From the NCBI GenBank assembly GCA_965218295.1, contig CBDCKN010000012.1:178871-242870 (forward strand): a stretch of 64,000 bases of DNA, read 5' to 3'. Position numbers and translations under genes: made by a program. The stretch is from Longimicrobiales bacterium. Lineage in GTDB: Bacteria > Gemmatimonadota > Gemmatimonadetes > Longimicrobiales > Gaopeijiaceae. The notes beneath the pieces were generated by a model. It did no database searches. It was not told the origin of the DNA and worked only from the letters and a program-made list of their open reading frames with translations. This document shows, piece by piece, positions 1 through 10,100 of the stretch; within the stretch, counting starts at the first letter, position 1, and every line of letters starts with the position of its first letter.

Positions 1-210
1 CGCCGCTACAACACCACCCCCGTCCTCATCGAGACCTTCGTCGAGGTCCCCCGCTTCACCGGCGGCGTCTACAGGGCCTCCGGTTGGATCCGCGTCGGTA
101 CCACACGGGGACGAGGGCGCTACGACACCGCCAAGCAGTACGGCAAGCCCACCAAGGATGTCTGGCTCCGCCCGCTCGCCAAGCACTGGAAGCGCATCCT
201 CAACCGCTGA
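1..210 (+). CDS. DUF4338 (DruA-like) protein, 3' part
   Basis: Identical to the 3' end of 2640-3521 (PVLIETFVEVPRFTGGVYRASGW...KRILNR). Confidence 0.8.
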   Translation, partial: RRYNTTPVLIETFVEVPRFTGGVYRASGWIRVGTTRGRGRYDTAKQYGKPTKDVWLRPLAKHWKRILNR

Positions 211-270
211 GCACCCCCACACACACGATCCGACAACACGACGCTCCCCACGGCTTGGCCGAACAGTTAC
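1..270 (+). mobile_element. Right end of IS66-family element (copy 1, cut by window edge)
   Basis: Identical to the last 270 bp of the 280-3581 element; ends ...GAACAGTTAC. Confidence 0.9.
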
Positions 271-372
271 CTGGCGGAGGTAACTGTTCGGCCAAGCCGT
301 GGGGAGCGTCGTGTTGTCGGATCGTGTGGTGGGGTCTGGTAACGTGATCCGGAATGTAGTATCGTCGAGGGC

Positions 373-2643
373 ATGGCGATGCGGGACGGCAACGGACATG
401 CGAACGTGGCGCTGGCCGAGGGGCTGGAGGAGCTTTGGCCGGTGCCCGGTTCCGTGGAGTCGGAGCTTGGGGACTGGCGGTCGCTGTACGAGCGGGAGCG
501 CGAGCGAGCGGAGGCGGCGGTGGCCCGCGCGGAGGAGTTGCGGTGGGCGGAGGTGCGGGCGCGCTGCGAAGCGGGATCGTGGAAGTGGCGGTGGGAGGCG
601 TCGCGCCGGAAGCTGAGGGCGGTGATCGCGGAGACGCGGGAGGCCCGCCGCGCGGCGTGGGACGCCCTGGCGTTGCAGCGCGAGGTGGGGCGTCTGCACG
701 GGCTGCTGCGGGAGGCCGGGGTGGACGCGGGGAAGCGCGGCACGGAGATGGCGCTTCGGATGGAGGTGGCACGGCTTCGCGAGGAGGGTTGGGCGCTGGA
801 GAAGGCGCTCGATGCCCGCGCGGCCGAGGTGCAGAACCTTCACAAGGCCCGCATCGAAGCGGACGCGGACATCCTGGCGCTGCGGCGGCAGTTGCGCGAG
901 ATGCTCGAGATCCACGGCGAACTGTCGAAGCTGGGGGACCAGCGGGACCGGGTCGAGTCGCTGTCGGAGGAGGTCGGGGCGCTTCGCTGGGCGCTGAAGG
1001 TCTCGGAGGCGTCGAAGGGCCGCCTGACGGCGCGGCTGCGGCGTGCGGTCGAGGCGGGGCGGGCGCGGTCGCCGTCGGCCGCCGACGCGGAGTTGCGCAA
1101 GGCCTTGCGCAGATCGCGGCGCCAGAGGGCGACGATCGGCTCGCTGACGCGGGAGAAGACCCGGCTCGGCAGGAGGATGCGGGCGTCGCGGCGGCGGATC
1201 GAGCGCCTCGAGGGCCAACTGGCGAAGCTTCGCGCGTCGCGCACGGTGCTGCCGAAGGGGCAGTCCGGCGGCGCGTGCGAGAGGCAGGAGCGACCGCGTT
1301 CGGGGCGGCGGCGGGGCCAGCAGCCCGGCACGCCGGTCCACGGCCGCACCCCGCGCCCGGGGCTTGAGGAACGCACCGAGGAGCACAACCCGCCCGCCGA
1401 TGCGCGGGTGTGCCGGGGTTGCGGGAGCCCGTACGCGGCCAACGGCGCCGAGGAGTCGGCCCTCGTCGAGATCGAGGTCCGGGCGCACCGGCGGGTGATC
1501 CGCCGCCCGCGCTGGCGGCGGACGTGCGGGTGCGCGTCGTCGCCCGCCGAAGTGACGGCGCCCCCCGTGCCTCGGCTGTTCGCCCGCACGCCGTACGGGA
1601 CGAGCGTCTGGTCGCGCTTCCTGTTCGAGCGCTACGCGTGCCTGCGCCCGCTGCACCGGGTCTGCGGGTGGCTGTCCGACCAGGGTCTGCCGGTCTCGCC
1701 GGGCACGCTGGCGGACAGCGTGCACCGCTTGGCGCCGTTGTTCGAGCCGGTGGGCGCGGCGATCCTCGCGCACCAGAACGGCTCGGCGCTGCGCCATGCC
1801 GACGAGACCAGCTGGCGGGTGCGGGCGCTGCGCGACAGCGACGGATCGGGGTACGCGTGGCTGTGGATCTCGGTCGGCCGCGGCGCGGCCTACTTCCATG
1901 TGGATCCGTCACGCAGCGCCGAGGCGGCCCGGAAGCTGTTCGACGGGGCGCTGTGCCCGACGGTCCTCGTCTGCGACCGCTACAGCGGCTACAAGAAGCT
2001 GGCGCGTCTCCTCGGGGGCAGGGTCACGCTGTCGTTCTGCTGGGCGCACATGCGCAGGGACTTCATCCGGTGCGCGGCCGGGCACGTCCATCTGACCGGC
2101 TGGTGCCGGGAGTGGCTCGGGCGGATCGCCACGGTCTACCGCCTGCACAAGGCGCGGCTGGAGCTCCACGACCCCGGCCTCGAGCGCCAGAGCCCGGCGT
2201 TCGACGCGGCGCACGACGCGCTGAGCGAGGCGCTCGGCGGCATGTTCGCGGCCTCCGAACGCCAACTCGCCCGCCTGTCGCCAAAGGCGAGGGAGGGAGG
2301 GCCGCTGCGCTCGCTCCTCAACCACCGCGAGGGGCTGAGCGTCTTCCTCGACCGGCCCCGCGTGCCGCTCGACAACAACCTCGCCGAGCGGCTGCTGCGC
2401 GGCCCGGCCATCGGGCGGCGCCTGTCGTTCGGCTCCGACAGCGAGTCCGGCGCCCGGTTCACCGCGCTCATGTACTCGGTGACCGGCACCCTGAGGCTGA
2501 ACGGCCTCGACGTGCCGCGCTGGCTCGCCGACTGGTTGGCGGCGTGCGCGCGCGGCGGCGGTCGCCCGCCGGGCGACCTGTCGCCCTGGCTGCCGTGGTC
2601 GATGGACGCCGGACGCAGGCGCGAAATGACGGCGTCCGCATGA
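373..2643 (+). CDS. IS66-family DDE transposase with long coiled-coil N-terminus
   Basis: Zn-finger CRGC...CGC; HADETSW; LVCDRYSGY; CWAHMRRDF; DNNLAERLLR. Confidence 0.92.
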   Translation: MAMRDGNGHANVALAEGLEELWPVPGSVESELGDWRSLYERERERAEAAVARAEELRWAEVRARCEAGSWKWRWEASRRKLRAVIAETREARRAAWDALALQREVGRLHGLLREAGVDAGKRGTEMALRMEVARLREEGWALEKALDARAAEVQNLHKARIEADADILALRRQLREMLEIHGELSKLGDQRDRVESLSEEVGALRWALKVSEASKGRLTARLRRAVEAGRARSPSAADAELRKALRRSRRQRATIGSLTREKTRLGRRMRASRRRIERLEGQLAKLRASRTVLPKGQSGGACERQERPRSGRRRGQQPGTPVHGRTPRPGLEERTEEHNPPADARVCRGCGSPYAANGAEESALVEIEVRAHRRVIRRPRWRRTCGCASSPAEVTAPPVPRLFARTPYGTSVWSRFLFERYACLRPLHRVCGWLSDQGLPVSPGTLADSVHRLAPLFEPVGAAILAHQNGSALRHADETSWRVRALRDSDGSGYAWLWISVGRGAAYFHVDPSRSAEAARKLFDGALCPTVLVCDRYSGYKKLARLLGGRVTLSFCWAHMRRDFIRCAAGHVHLTGWCREWLGRIATVYRLHKARLELHDPGLERQSPAFDAAHDALSEALGGMFAASERQLARLSPKAREGGPLRSLLNHREGLSVFLDRPRVPLDNNLAERLLRGPAIGRRLSFGSDSESGARFTALMYSVTGTLRLNGLDVPRWLADWLAACARGGGRPPGDLSPWLPWSMDAGRRREMTASA

Positions 2644-3521
2644 GCGAGCGCATCGAATGCCGCTACCACGGGCGCGACTTCACCGCCGCGGAAATGGCGC
2701 TGCTGCGCCGACTGATCGCCGGACCGCCCGCGCTCAACCGCCACGCCCTGTCGAAGGAGTTCTGCCGGCGCATCGGCTGGTTCAAGCCCGACGGCGGGCT
2801 CAAGGACATGATGGCGCGCGTCACCATGCTCGCCATGCACAGCGACGGCCTCATCGTCCTGCCGCCCCCGAAGTGGAGGCAGAAACGACCCGGCCCCATC
2901 GTCTTCGGACAGGACACCGAACCGCCCCTCTTCCCCCCGCCCACGATCCTCGACGAGGTCCGCCCCCTCGAACTCCGCACCGTCGTCGGCGGCACCCGAC
3001 AGGGCAGGCTGTGGAACGAGTTCGTCGCGCGCCACCACTATCTCGGCTACAAGACCCTCGTCGGCGCCCAGATGCGCTACGCCGTCCACGACCGCAACGG
3101 CTGGCCGCTCGCCATACTCGGCTTCAGCACCGCCGCCTGGTCCCTCGCTCCACGCGACCGCTTCATCGGATGGACCCCGACCCTGCGAAAGAAGAACCTG
3201 CCGCTCGTCATCGACAACCCCAGGTTCCTCATCCTGCCCTGGATCCGCATCCCCAACCTCGGATCCCACATCCTCGCCCTCGTCCGCCGCCGCCTGCCCC
3301 GCGACTGGACCCGCCGCTACAACACCACCCCCGTCCTCATCGAGACCTTCGTCGAGGTCCCCCGCTTCACCGGCGGCGTCTACAGGGCCTCCGGTTGGAT
3401 CCGCGTCGGTACCACACGGGGACGAGGGCGCTACGACACCGCCAAGCAGTACGGCAAGCCCACCAAGGATGTCTGGCTCCGCCCGCTCGCCAAGCACTGG
3501 AAGCGCATCCTCAACCGCTGA
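2640..3521 (+). CDS. DUF4338 (DruA-like) domain protein
   Basis: ATG overlaps transposase TGA (ATGA); RHHYLGY, RDRFIGW, NPRFLILPW, ETFVE...YRASGW; start refined from the 1410-3521 ORF. Confidence 0.82.
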   Translation: MSERIECRYHGRDFTAAEMALLRRLIAGPPALNRHALSKEFCRRIGWFKPDGGLKDMMARVTMLAMHSDGLIVLPPPKWRQKRPGPIVFGQDTEPPLFPPPTILDEVRPLELRTVVGGTRQGRLWNEFVARHHYLGYKTLVGAQMRYAVHDRNGWPLAILGFSTAAWSLAPRDRFIGWTPTLRKKNLPLVIDNPRFLILPWIRIPNLGSHILALVRRRLPRDWTRRYNTTPVLIETFVEVPRFTGGVYRASGWIRVGTTRGRGRYDTAKQYGKPTKDVWLRPLAKHWKRILNR

Positions 3522-3657
3522 GCACCCCCACACACACGATCCGACAACACGACGCTCCCCACGGCTTGGCCGAACAGTTACCTGGCGGACACGTCGGCCA
3601 CCCGATTGCCATCTTTGACGACTACGTACCCACCCGCTGGAGCCGAAGATCAAGCAC

Positions 3658-3840
3658 TTGCGCTCGGTGTCGTCCACCACAGTAAAGCGCGGCTTCAATG
3701 AGATCCGTAATCTGCGCGATCACCTCGCCCACGCAAACTACTATGCCGAGACCCCCGAGGCCGCTCGTCAGGTCTGCCAGGTGGGCAGGAAGATTCGCCG
3801 CATCCAAGCGGACCTGCTTACAGGGATCGAAGATCAATAG
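3658..3840 (+). pseudogene. Possible C-terminal HEPN-like fragment next to the IS
   Basis: Helical ORF with RDHLAH (RxxxxH); no intact 5' part. Confidence 0.3.
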
Positions 3841-3887
3841 CTCCCCTCAAGGAGAGCCGCCGTGGAGACCTCATCGGCGGGAGGAGG

Positions 3888-3914
3888 TTGACGAAGGCCC
3901 TAATCTGCTATAAT
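3888..3914 (+). promoter_or_regulatory. Putative sigma70 promoter
   Basis: TTGACG (3888) and extended -10 TGcTATAAT (TATAAT 3909-3914) upstream of the 3958 ORF; spacer only 15 bp. Confidence 0.5.
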
Positions 3915-3957
3915 CACACCACGGTCTCAGCACATAAGTATCACGGAAGGGAGAGCT

Positions 3958-4245
3958 ATGCCGCAGACATCCTCGAGGGACATTGATGAGAGTGCTCTAA
4001 CGAAGGGCCACCTCCGCAAGCTGAACGCACTTCGCAAGTCCGTTGGCGAAGATATCGGCGAGCGGGCGTTCGCCGAGTGGCTCTCCCGGCCAGCAACCGC
4101 AAGGGCGAGCGACCGGAACGCCGAGTTGATCGCCGAAAGTCTTTGGTCCCTTGTTGAGCAAGGCAAGCTTGCGATTCGTTCTGGCGGCTATGTGGTCAAA
4201 CGCGGGCGCGGGCGAATCATCGTCGAGCCAGCGAAAAAGACGTAG
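3958..4245 (+). CDS. Hypothetical protein (95 aa)
   Basis: GGGAGAG RBS, ATG, protein-like composition, upstream promoter. Confidence 0.65.
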   Translation: MPQTSSRDIDESALTKGHLRKLNALRKSVGEDIGERAFAEWLSRPATARASDRNAELIAESLWSLVEQGKLAIRSGGYVVKRGRGRIIVEPAKKT

Positions 4246-4267
4246 ACGCCCAGCGCCAGCCGCTTCC

Positions 4268-4352
4268 CCGATCGAGGCATCCCCAAAGGGGGGGTCGCTC
4301 CCTTATACGGCCGAAAGCTCCGGAGCGGCGTCGCCGCTCCGGCGGCCGTGCC
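4268..4352. repeat. Dispersed structured 85-bp repeat, copy 1
   Basis: Near-identical to 42706-42790; nested hairpin CCGGAGCGGCG-T-CGCCGCTCCGG inside ACGGCCG...CGGCCGT. Confidence 0.8.
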
Positions 4353-4355
4353 GCA

Positions 4356-4610
4356 GCCACCCGGGCCATCATGTCTTTCAGGCCGCTGTCGGGCTTGAAC
4401 CAGCCGATGCCCCGGCAGAACTCCCTGGACAGGGGATGGCGGTTGAGCGTCGGCGGGCCGGCGATCAGTGCACGTAGCAGCGTCATTTCCCCAGCGGTGA
4501 AGTCAATTGCGGCACTCGATCCGACCGGAAATGCCGACGCCATGAGGTCGCGTCTGCGCTCCTCGCCCATCGACCATGGCAACCCGTGCGACAGGTCGTC
4601 GGGCGATCGG
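4356..4610 (-). pseudogene. Diverged relic of the IS66 transposase end and DUF4338 start
   Basis: DLSHGLPWSMGEERRRDLMASA and DFTAGEMTLLRALIAGPP...LKDMMARV match the intact element. Confidence 0.8.
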
Positions 4611-5113
4611 ACGCCGTTGTGCGCGGACGCCGTAGGGCCAGCGCGGGACGTCAATACCGCGGCATGACTGAACGCTTACTCCCGGAAATCTCCTATAGTC
4701 TACCGGCAGCTTTCGACGTTCCTTTCGACGTTCCTTTCCCCGGGCGCCATCCCGGGATCCGCTGTTTACTGGTCAGCGGAAGGTAGTCGCCCCTCTTTTA
4801 AAACACCTTCTATGGAGCTGGCGGTCAAGACGCACGTTCCCCACGCGCCGTTGGCTCATTTCTTGACTGCCGGCGTCCGCATGGTTTGGATTACCGGATC
4901 GACGACTCAGGGTAGGGAGGGGTGCGCTCGCAGGGTCCGCATCGCAGTCCGGAAGACGTTTACAGCCGTCGCGTTCTGAGCTCCAGAGCGGGAACCATCC
5001 TTCTATCTGGGATTCTGTGGCCCATTGCTTCGTTCGGCTCTCCAGGGGTGCATAGCCTTTTGATGGGACTTATATCGCACGGTAACCATCCTCGCCCACT
5101 GCCTCAGGATCCA

Positions 5114-5563
5114 CTATTCGTCGATGTCGTCCGGGTCTACGGTCTCCGCTATCTGGCGGCGATAGCCACCGGCCTCGGAGATCGACTTCTCCCTCTCAGT
5201 CACGCCGTAGAGATCCTCGTTCACAGAGAAGTGTTTCCTCCATCGCCTGTACTGGCTGCTGACTGTCCCCGCGTTGAGCGCCTCCGCTACGCCCCTCTGG
5301 ATGACTGTATCGAGTGACGGGACCGTGCCGTGTTTCTCCCGCAGGTCGTCGCAGATCTCCCAGACCCGTCCCGTCTTGGTGCCCTCTCCCGGACGCTTGG
5401 GTGTGGCGTCGAGAAAAGCGTCCCTTAACATGGGGCCGAACCGGCCTGTGGGCCGGGTGTCCGGCTGGCCGCTCACGAGCTCCTTGAGGGACGCTATGGC
5501 GTGTTCGATCCTGTCTCTCTCCGCCTCTAGCTGCTTTATCACATCCATATATTCTATTGACAC
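5114..5563 (-). CDS. Hypothetical protein, N-terminal coiled coil and possible HTH-like domain
   Basis: AGGAG RBS upstream; KTGRVWEICDDL...TVSSQYRRWRK helical pattern. Confidence 0.6.
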   Translation of the reverse strand: MSIEYMDVIKQLEAERDRIEHAIASLKELVSGQPDTRPTGRFGPMLRDAFLDATPKRPGEGTKTGRVWEICDDLREKHGTVPSLDTVIQRGVAEALNAGTVSSQYRRWRKHFSVNEDLYGVTEREKSISEAGGYRRQIAETVDPDDIDE

Positions 5564-5918
5564 AAGGCGTCTCCTGCGATAGACAATAGGTGTCTGTGGG
5601 GGCCGCGCTGCAGCACGGCCCCTCTCCCTCGACCCGGCCCACCGCTCGCAGCGGCGATTCTAGGGGCTCCGGGCGAAGTCATCTATGGCGGCCTCATGGC
5701 TCCTCCTAGGTGGCATTGTGGTTGTTCCGCCCTCACCTCAGACGGTTGCCAAGGCCCGAGGTGAGGGCGGACTCGTATCGGCTTTCGACATTCGGTACAC
5801 TTCATGTTAGCCAACACTCCAGCGACCTGTCAACACTTCGCATGGTAGAGAAAAGTAATACCGACAGGAAGTCTCGTGTGTTAGATATAGTAGGACACAG
5901 ACACACAGGGAAGTTACG

Positions 5919-6212
5919 ATGGCTAACAACGCACCCGGCAAGCACTTCAGGTACGGCCGTTCACTCGTGGATGTAGTACGGATGTTCCCCGATGACGAGG
6001 TGGCAGAGAACTGGATCGCCTATTGCCGTTGGGGCGACGAGCCCGCATGCCCCCGCTGCGGGAGCCTCAACGTGCAGGTGGGGGCCAAACACCCCAGCCA
6101 GCGATACCGTTGCCGGGAGAAGGGCTGCAGGAAGTTCTTCTCAGCCAAGACTGGTACGGCCATGGCTGACAGCAACCTCGGCTATCAGGTCTGGGCCATC
6201 GCCACCTACCTG
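5919..6212 (+). pseudogene. IS1595-family transposase, N-terminal Zn-ribbon fragment
   Basis: FPDDEVAE..RW...CPRCGS...YRCREKGCRKFFSAKTGT; similarity ends after WAIATYL. Confidence 0.8.
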
Positions 6213-6390
6213 TGGCCGTTGGCCACGGTCCCCTCCGGATCGATGAACCGACCAGACCGCTCCTGCCGACAGGATGAAGAAGACTAGGAAGCTGCTGTCA
6301 ATGGCGAAGGAGCGAAGCTTGCGGGAGGGCAGTTTGTCGATGGCCCCTGTCCTCTCTCATGGCGAACTGTCAGATGATTTCCGTCTCAGA

Positions 6391-6618
6391 TCACTCGGCA
6401 CTGCTGCGGCTCGCGGCGATCTGTTCTCGGATCCACGCATCCACTTCGGACTCGATCCAGCCGACGGCGCGGGCGCCTAGCCGGATCGGTTGGGGAAAGC
6501 TCCCGTTGGCCACCCGCACGTAGATCGTGCTCCGCGCCAGCCCGGTGCGGGCCTGCACTCGAGGTAACCTCAGGACGCGCACGGGCGCGTCCATGCCCTG
6601 GTCTATTCGTATTGACAT
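6391..6618 (-). CDS. alpA: AlpA-family transcriptional regulator/excisionase
   Basis: LRLPRVQARTGLARSTIY...FPQPIRLGARAVGWIESEVDAWI; GGAGG RBS; start refined to ATG at 6618. Confidence 0.9.
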   Translation of the reverse strand: MSIRIDQGMDAPVRVLRLPRVQARTGLARSTIYVRVANGSFPQPIRLGARAVGWIESEVDAWIREQIAASRSSAE

Positions 6619-7184
6619 TGATTTGCCTCCGTTCTGTTCGGTGAAGAATTCCGGGGCGCGTTGCCCCGGGAGGGAACAGGGGCCACATGAGCCCGGCTGG
6701 AGGCTTCGATGAACGCCAGGACCTGGCAGGCCATCGCCAGCCTTGGAGAGCGGCCACGGCGTAGCTGACGCACCGGGATCGGATCGCCCACCGCTTGCCG
6801 ACCGAGCGTGGATGTTCTCATGCCCGTGCGGTCGAGGGACGCAGCCACTCGCGATCGGAACGGCTTCGTCAGCGTCTCCATGGCGCCTGCCGGTCGGGAC
6901 GCGGCCTGCGAAGACCCGCACCCCGACGGCGGCGTCCGGCCGAGCACGACCCGATCTCGCCTCGGAGGGTGCTGCTCAAGCCGACCCGCGAGCGCGGCCA
7001 GCAGACGGGTTGTGGTGTGGGTACGGCGAGCCTCGCGCCGCGGTTTTTGTAAGCGATTTTGGCGCGTCTCTTCGGCCTCGACACAGGCTTGAAACGCATC
7101 CGACATCATGAAGCACCGGTACCCGGCCGTGCTGGCGACTGAGGTCCGGCCGCACCGCATTTCAGATTGCCGGTCCGTCGGCGT

Positions 7185-10100
7185 CTACCAGCGCGCGGTG
7201 ACGCGGCCGTGCAGGCTGTGCTCCGGGTCTCCCTGGCCCAGCAAGCTCTGGCGGCGTTGGGCGTCGAGGCCGAACTCGAAGTTCATGGCGCCGGCCTGCA
7301 ACAGGGTCAGTTTGTAGCCCAGCCGGTAGTCGCGGCCGTACTCTGAGGTTGTGACGCCGAACCTCGGCGTCCCCACGAGCCGGCTCCCGACCGGCAGCGC
7401 GTAGCCGAGCTCGCCATCGAGGCGGTTGCCCGATCCCGGGCCTCCTGCCCCGAGCCCCGCCATCGTATCGCGGCCCCAGAGCGCGTCGGCACCGCTCATC
7501 GCCTGCCCGCCCCATGAGGGCGCCACCCGCGCCGTGAACCCCAGCGGCGTCGAGGGCGTCGGATCGTAGCTGAGCGACACCGACACGCCCCGCTCCCGGA
7601 ACCCTTCGTCCTCGTGCACCAGCAGAGTCCGCACCCGCACGTCGACCGACAGTCCGGTCAAGGGGTCCGATGCGATCAGGCTTGCGGCGACATCCGCGCC
7701 CCTGCCCGTCTCCGCATCCCCGCCGTCCGTCCTGAGCCCGACCTCGAGGCTCAGCCGGAGCGCTATGCCGTGTCCGACGACGTATCCCCTCGAGGCCTCG
7801 AGTGCCGTCCGCACACGCGTCACCACGGCCTCGGTCGCCGCCAACCGGCCTGCCGGGCCGTCCACAGCCTCACTGCCCGTGCCCACCCACAGCGCATCCG
7901 CCTTGAACGCCAGCCCGAAGCCGCCCAGACCCGCATCCACCAAGTCGCCTCTCACGCCCCCGGCGAGCATCGACATCGAGAGGCCGCCGTTGAGAGCGAT
8001 CGGAGACGCGACAGACGTGGGGACAGACAGTGCCTCGCCCGGCGTCAAGCTGAGCGAGCCCCTCCCGTATCCGGTCACGCCCCAGAGCGTGACCCGCTCC
8101 GTCAACTTGTAGCCCACCCACGGATGCAGCCCCGTGACCGACGAGGCCACCTCGCCCACGTCGGCCCCCTGGTAGCCGCCCAGGCCCCGCCGGTGCGAGA
8201 GCATCAGCCCCGCCATCAGCGGCCCCTTCGCGTAGTCCGCCCCGAACATCGTCGTGCGGACCCCGCCGTCGAGCGACAGCTCGCCGTCCCGGCCGCTGAA
8301 CCGCGACTCCATCCCGCGGCTCCAGAGCGAGACGCTCGCGCCCTGGTCCATCTCGCGGTTCAACACGAACCCCGAGCCCATCAGCAGGTCCCCGCCGCCG
8401 AGACCCATCCGCAGAAGTTCGGCGCCGCCCAGCTCGGGCTGGACACCGGTCGTGTCCCGGGCGCCCTGAACCGCCGCGGACTCGAGCCGGCTCAGGAAGT
8501 TGCGTCCCATCTCCCGCTCCATCCCGCGCCGGAGCTCACGGCCCGCGAACCGGCCCCGCAGGCCCGGAGCCCTGGACGCGTCCAGGCGCTCCTCGACCTG
8601 TTCCATCACGTGGAGCGCTGTCGCCCGCCCGAACCGAGCCAAGAGCGCGCGTGGCAGCGGATCGGTGTTCTCGATCGTCCCGGTCGCTTCCGCGTCGGCC
8701 AGCCGGCCGCCCGACGCGTTCGACAGCCGGAGCGTCAGCGTCTCCTCGCCCTCGTCGTGCGAGTCGTCGAGCACCGGGACCTCGACTGTCTTCTCCGTGT
8801 CGCCCGCATCGAACGTGAGCGTGCCGCTCGTGGCCGTGTAGTCCACGCCCGCCTGAGCCGTGCCGTCCGACGTGGCGTAGTCGACCGTCACCGCCCCGCC
8901 CGCCGCCCGCTCGAGCGTCACCGCGAACGCCAGCACCGCGCCCGCGCCTTCCTCCACGCGGGCATCGGCCACCGAGATGCCCACCAGCCCGGCGACCGTC
9001 GCCGAGAGCGAAGTGGACAACGGCCGGCCGTCGCCGGTGCAGACCGCGCCGCTTGCACCACAGTCGGTCGTCTCCGGCAGCCGGAGTGTCACCGCGCCAT
9101 CGGAGTCCGGCTCGACCGTGATCGTCCAGCCCAGGTTGCTCCCCTGCTCCCGGCGTTTGGCCCCGCGCACCGTGCCGCCCGTCACCGCGAACGCCTCGTC
9201 GCGCAACGTTCGGTAGCTGAAGTCCTTGTCGAGTTCCTCGCTGAACGTCAGCCCGAACGCGAAGTCGTCGCCGGTGTGCTCGCCCGGCATGTCGGAGAAG
9301 CTGGCTGTTAGCGACTCGGCCGGGGGACCCGCCACGGTGGACGAGGGGCTGTTGCCGAGCGGCCGCGGGCTGTCCGCGCGGGTACAGACGGCCCCGGCCG
9401 TCCCGCACGCCCGCCCGCCAGGCAGCGTGATCGTCACGGCCTCGCGGGAGTCGGGTTTGAGGGTGATCTCCCACAGGTCGTGGCGGCCATCGACTCGCCG
9501 CGCCCGCGTGATGGTGCCTCCGGTCACCGTGAACGATTCGTCGCGCAACGTCTGGTTGCTGATGCCGATGTCCTCGCTGAAGGCGACCTGGAAGCTGAAG
9601 GCGCTCTGTCCGTCATGGGCTTCCGGCACGTTCTCGAACTGCGCCGTCAGTTCCGGGCCGCCTCCTGCCGGGCCGGGCACAGTCAGCACCGCCTCATTCG
9701 ACAGCCGCCGTCCGTCCGCCGTGCAGACCGCCCCCGCCGCATCGCAGGCACGCCCCGCCGCGAGCGTGAGCGTCACCGGCTCGTCCGAGGCCGGTTTGAG
9801 GGTGATCTCCCACAGATCGCTGCGCCCCTCCACGCGCCGGGCGGCCTCTACCGAGCCTCCCGCCGCCGACAAGGACTCGTCGCGCAGCGTCTGGTAGCTG
9901 ATCGCGACCGGCTCGCTGAACACGAGCCGGACCGTGAACGTGCCCGCGCCGTCATGCGCCTCCGGTGCCGCCTCGAAGCGGGCCGTCAGAGCCGGGAGCT
10001 CTCCACCACCCGCATCACCCAGCGCTGCACTCGGGTGCCCCAGGTCCGCGTCCTCTCCCGACCAGCTCCGGATGGTCCCTCCGTTCAGCGTGAGACTGTT

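Larger units (their letters stand above)
280..3581 (+). mobile_element. IS66-family element, 3302 bp (copy 2), transposase plus DUF4338 gene
   Basis: 49-bp perfect terminal inverted repeats starting GTAACTGTTCGG; followed by CTGGCGGA, which also occurs at 271-278; inverted copy at 45956-49257. Confidence 0.92.

Noticed and set aside
2640..3521. Druantia defence system
   Set aside because: Only the DUF4338 gene, inside IS ends; no DruE helicase or other dru genes
200..3698. Long alternative-frame and antisense ORFs over the IS (also over the adhesin and integrases)
   Set aside because: Arg/Pro/Gly-rich shadow ORFs typical of high-GC DNA overlapping well-supported genes
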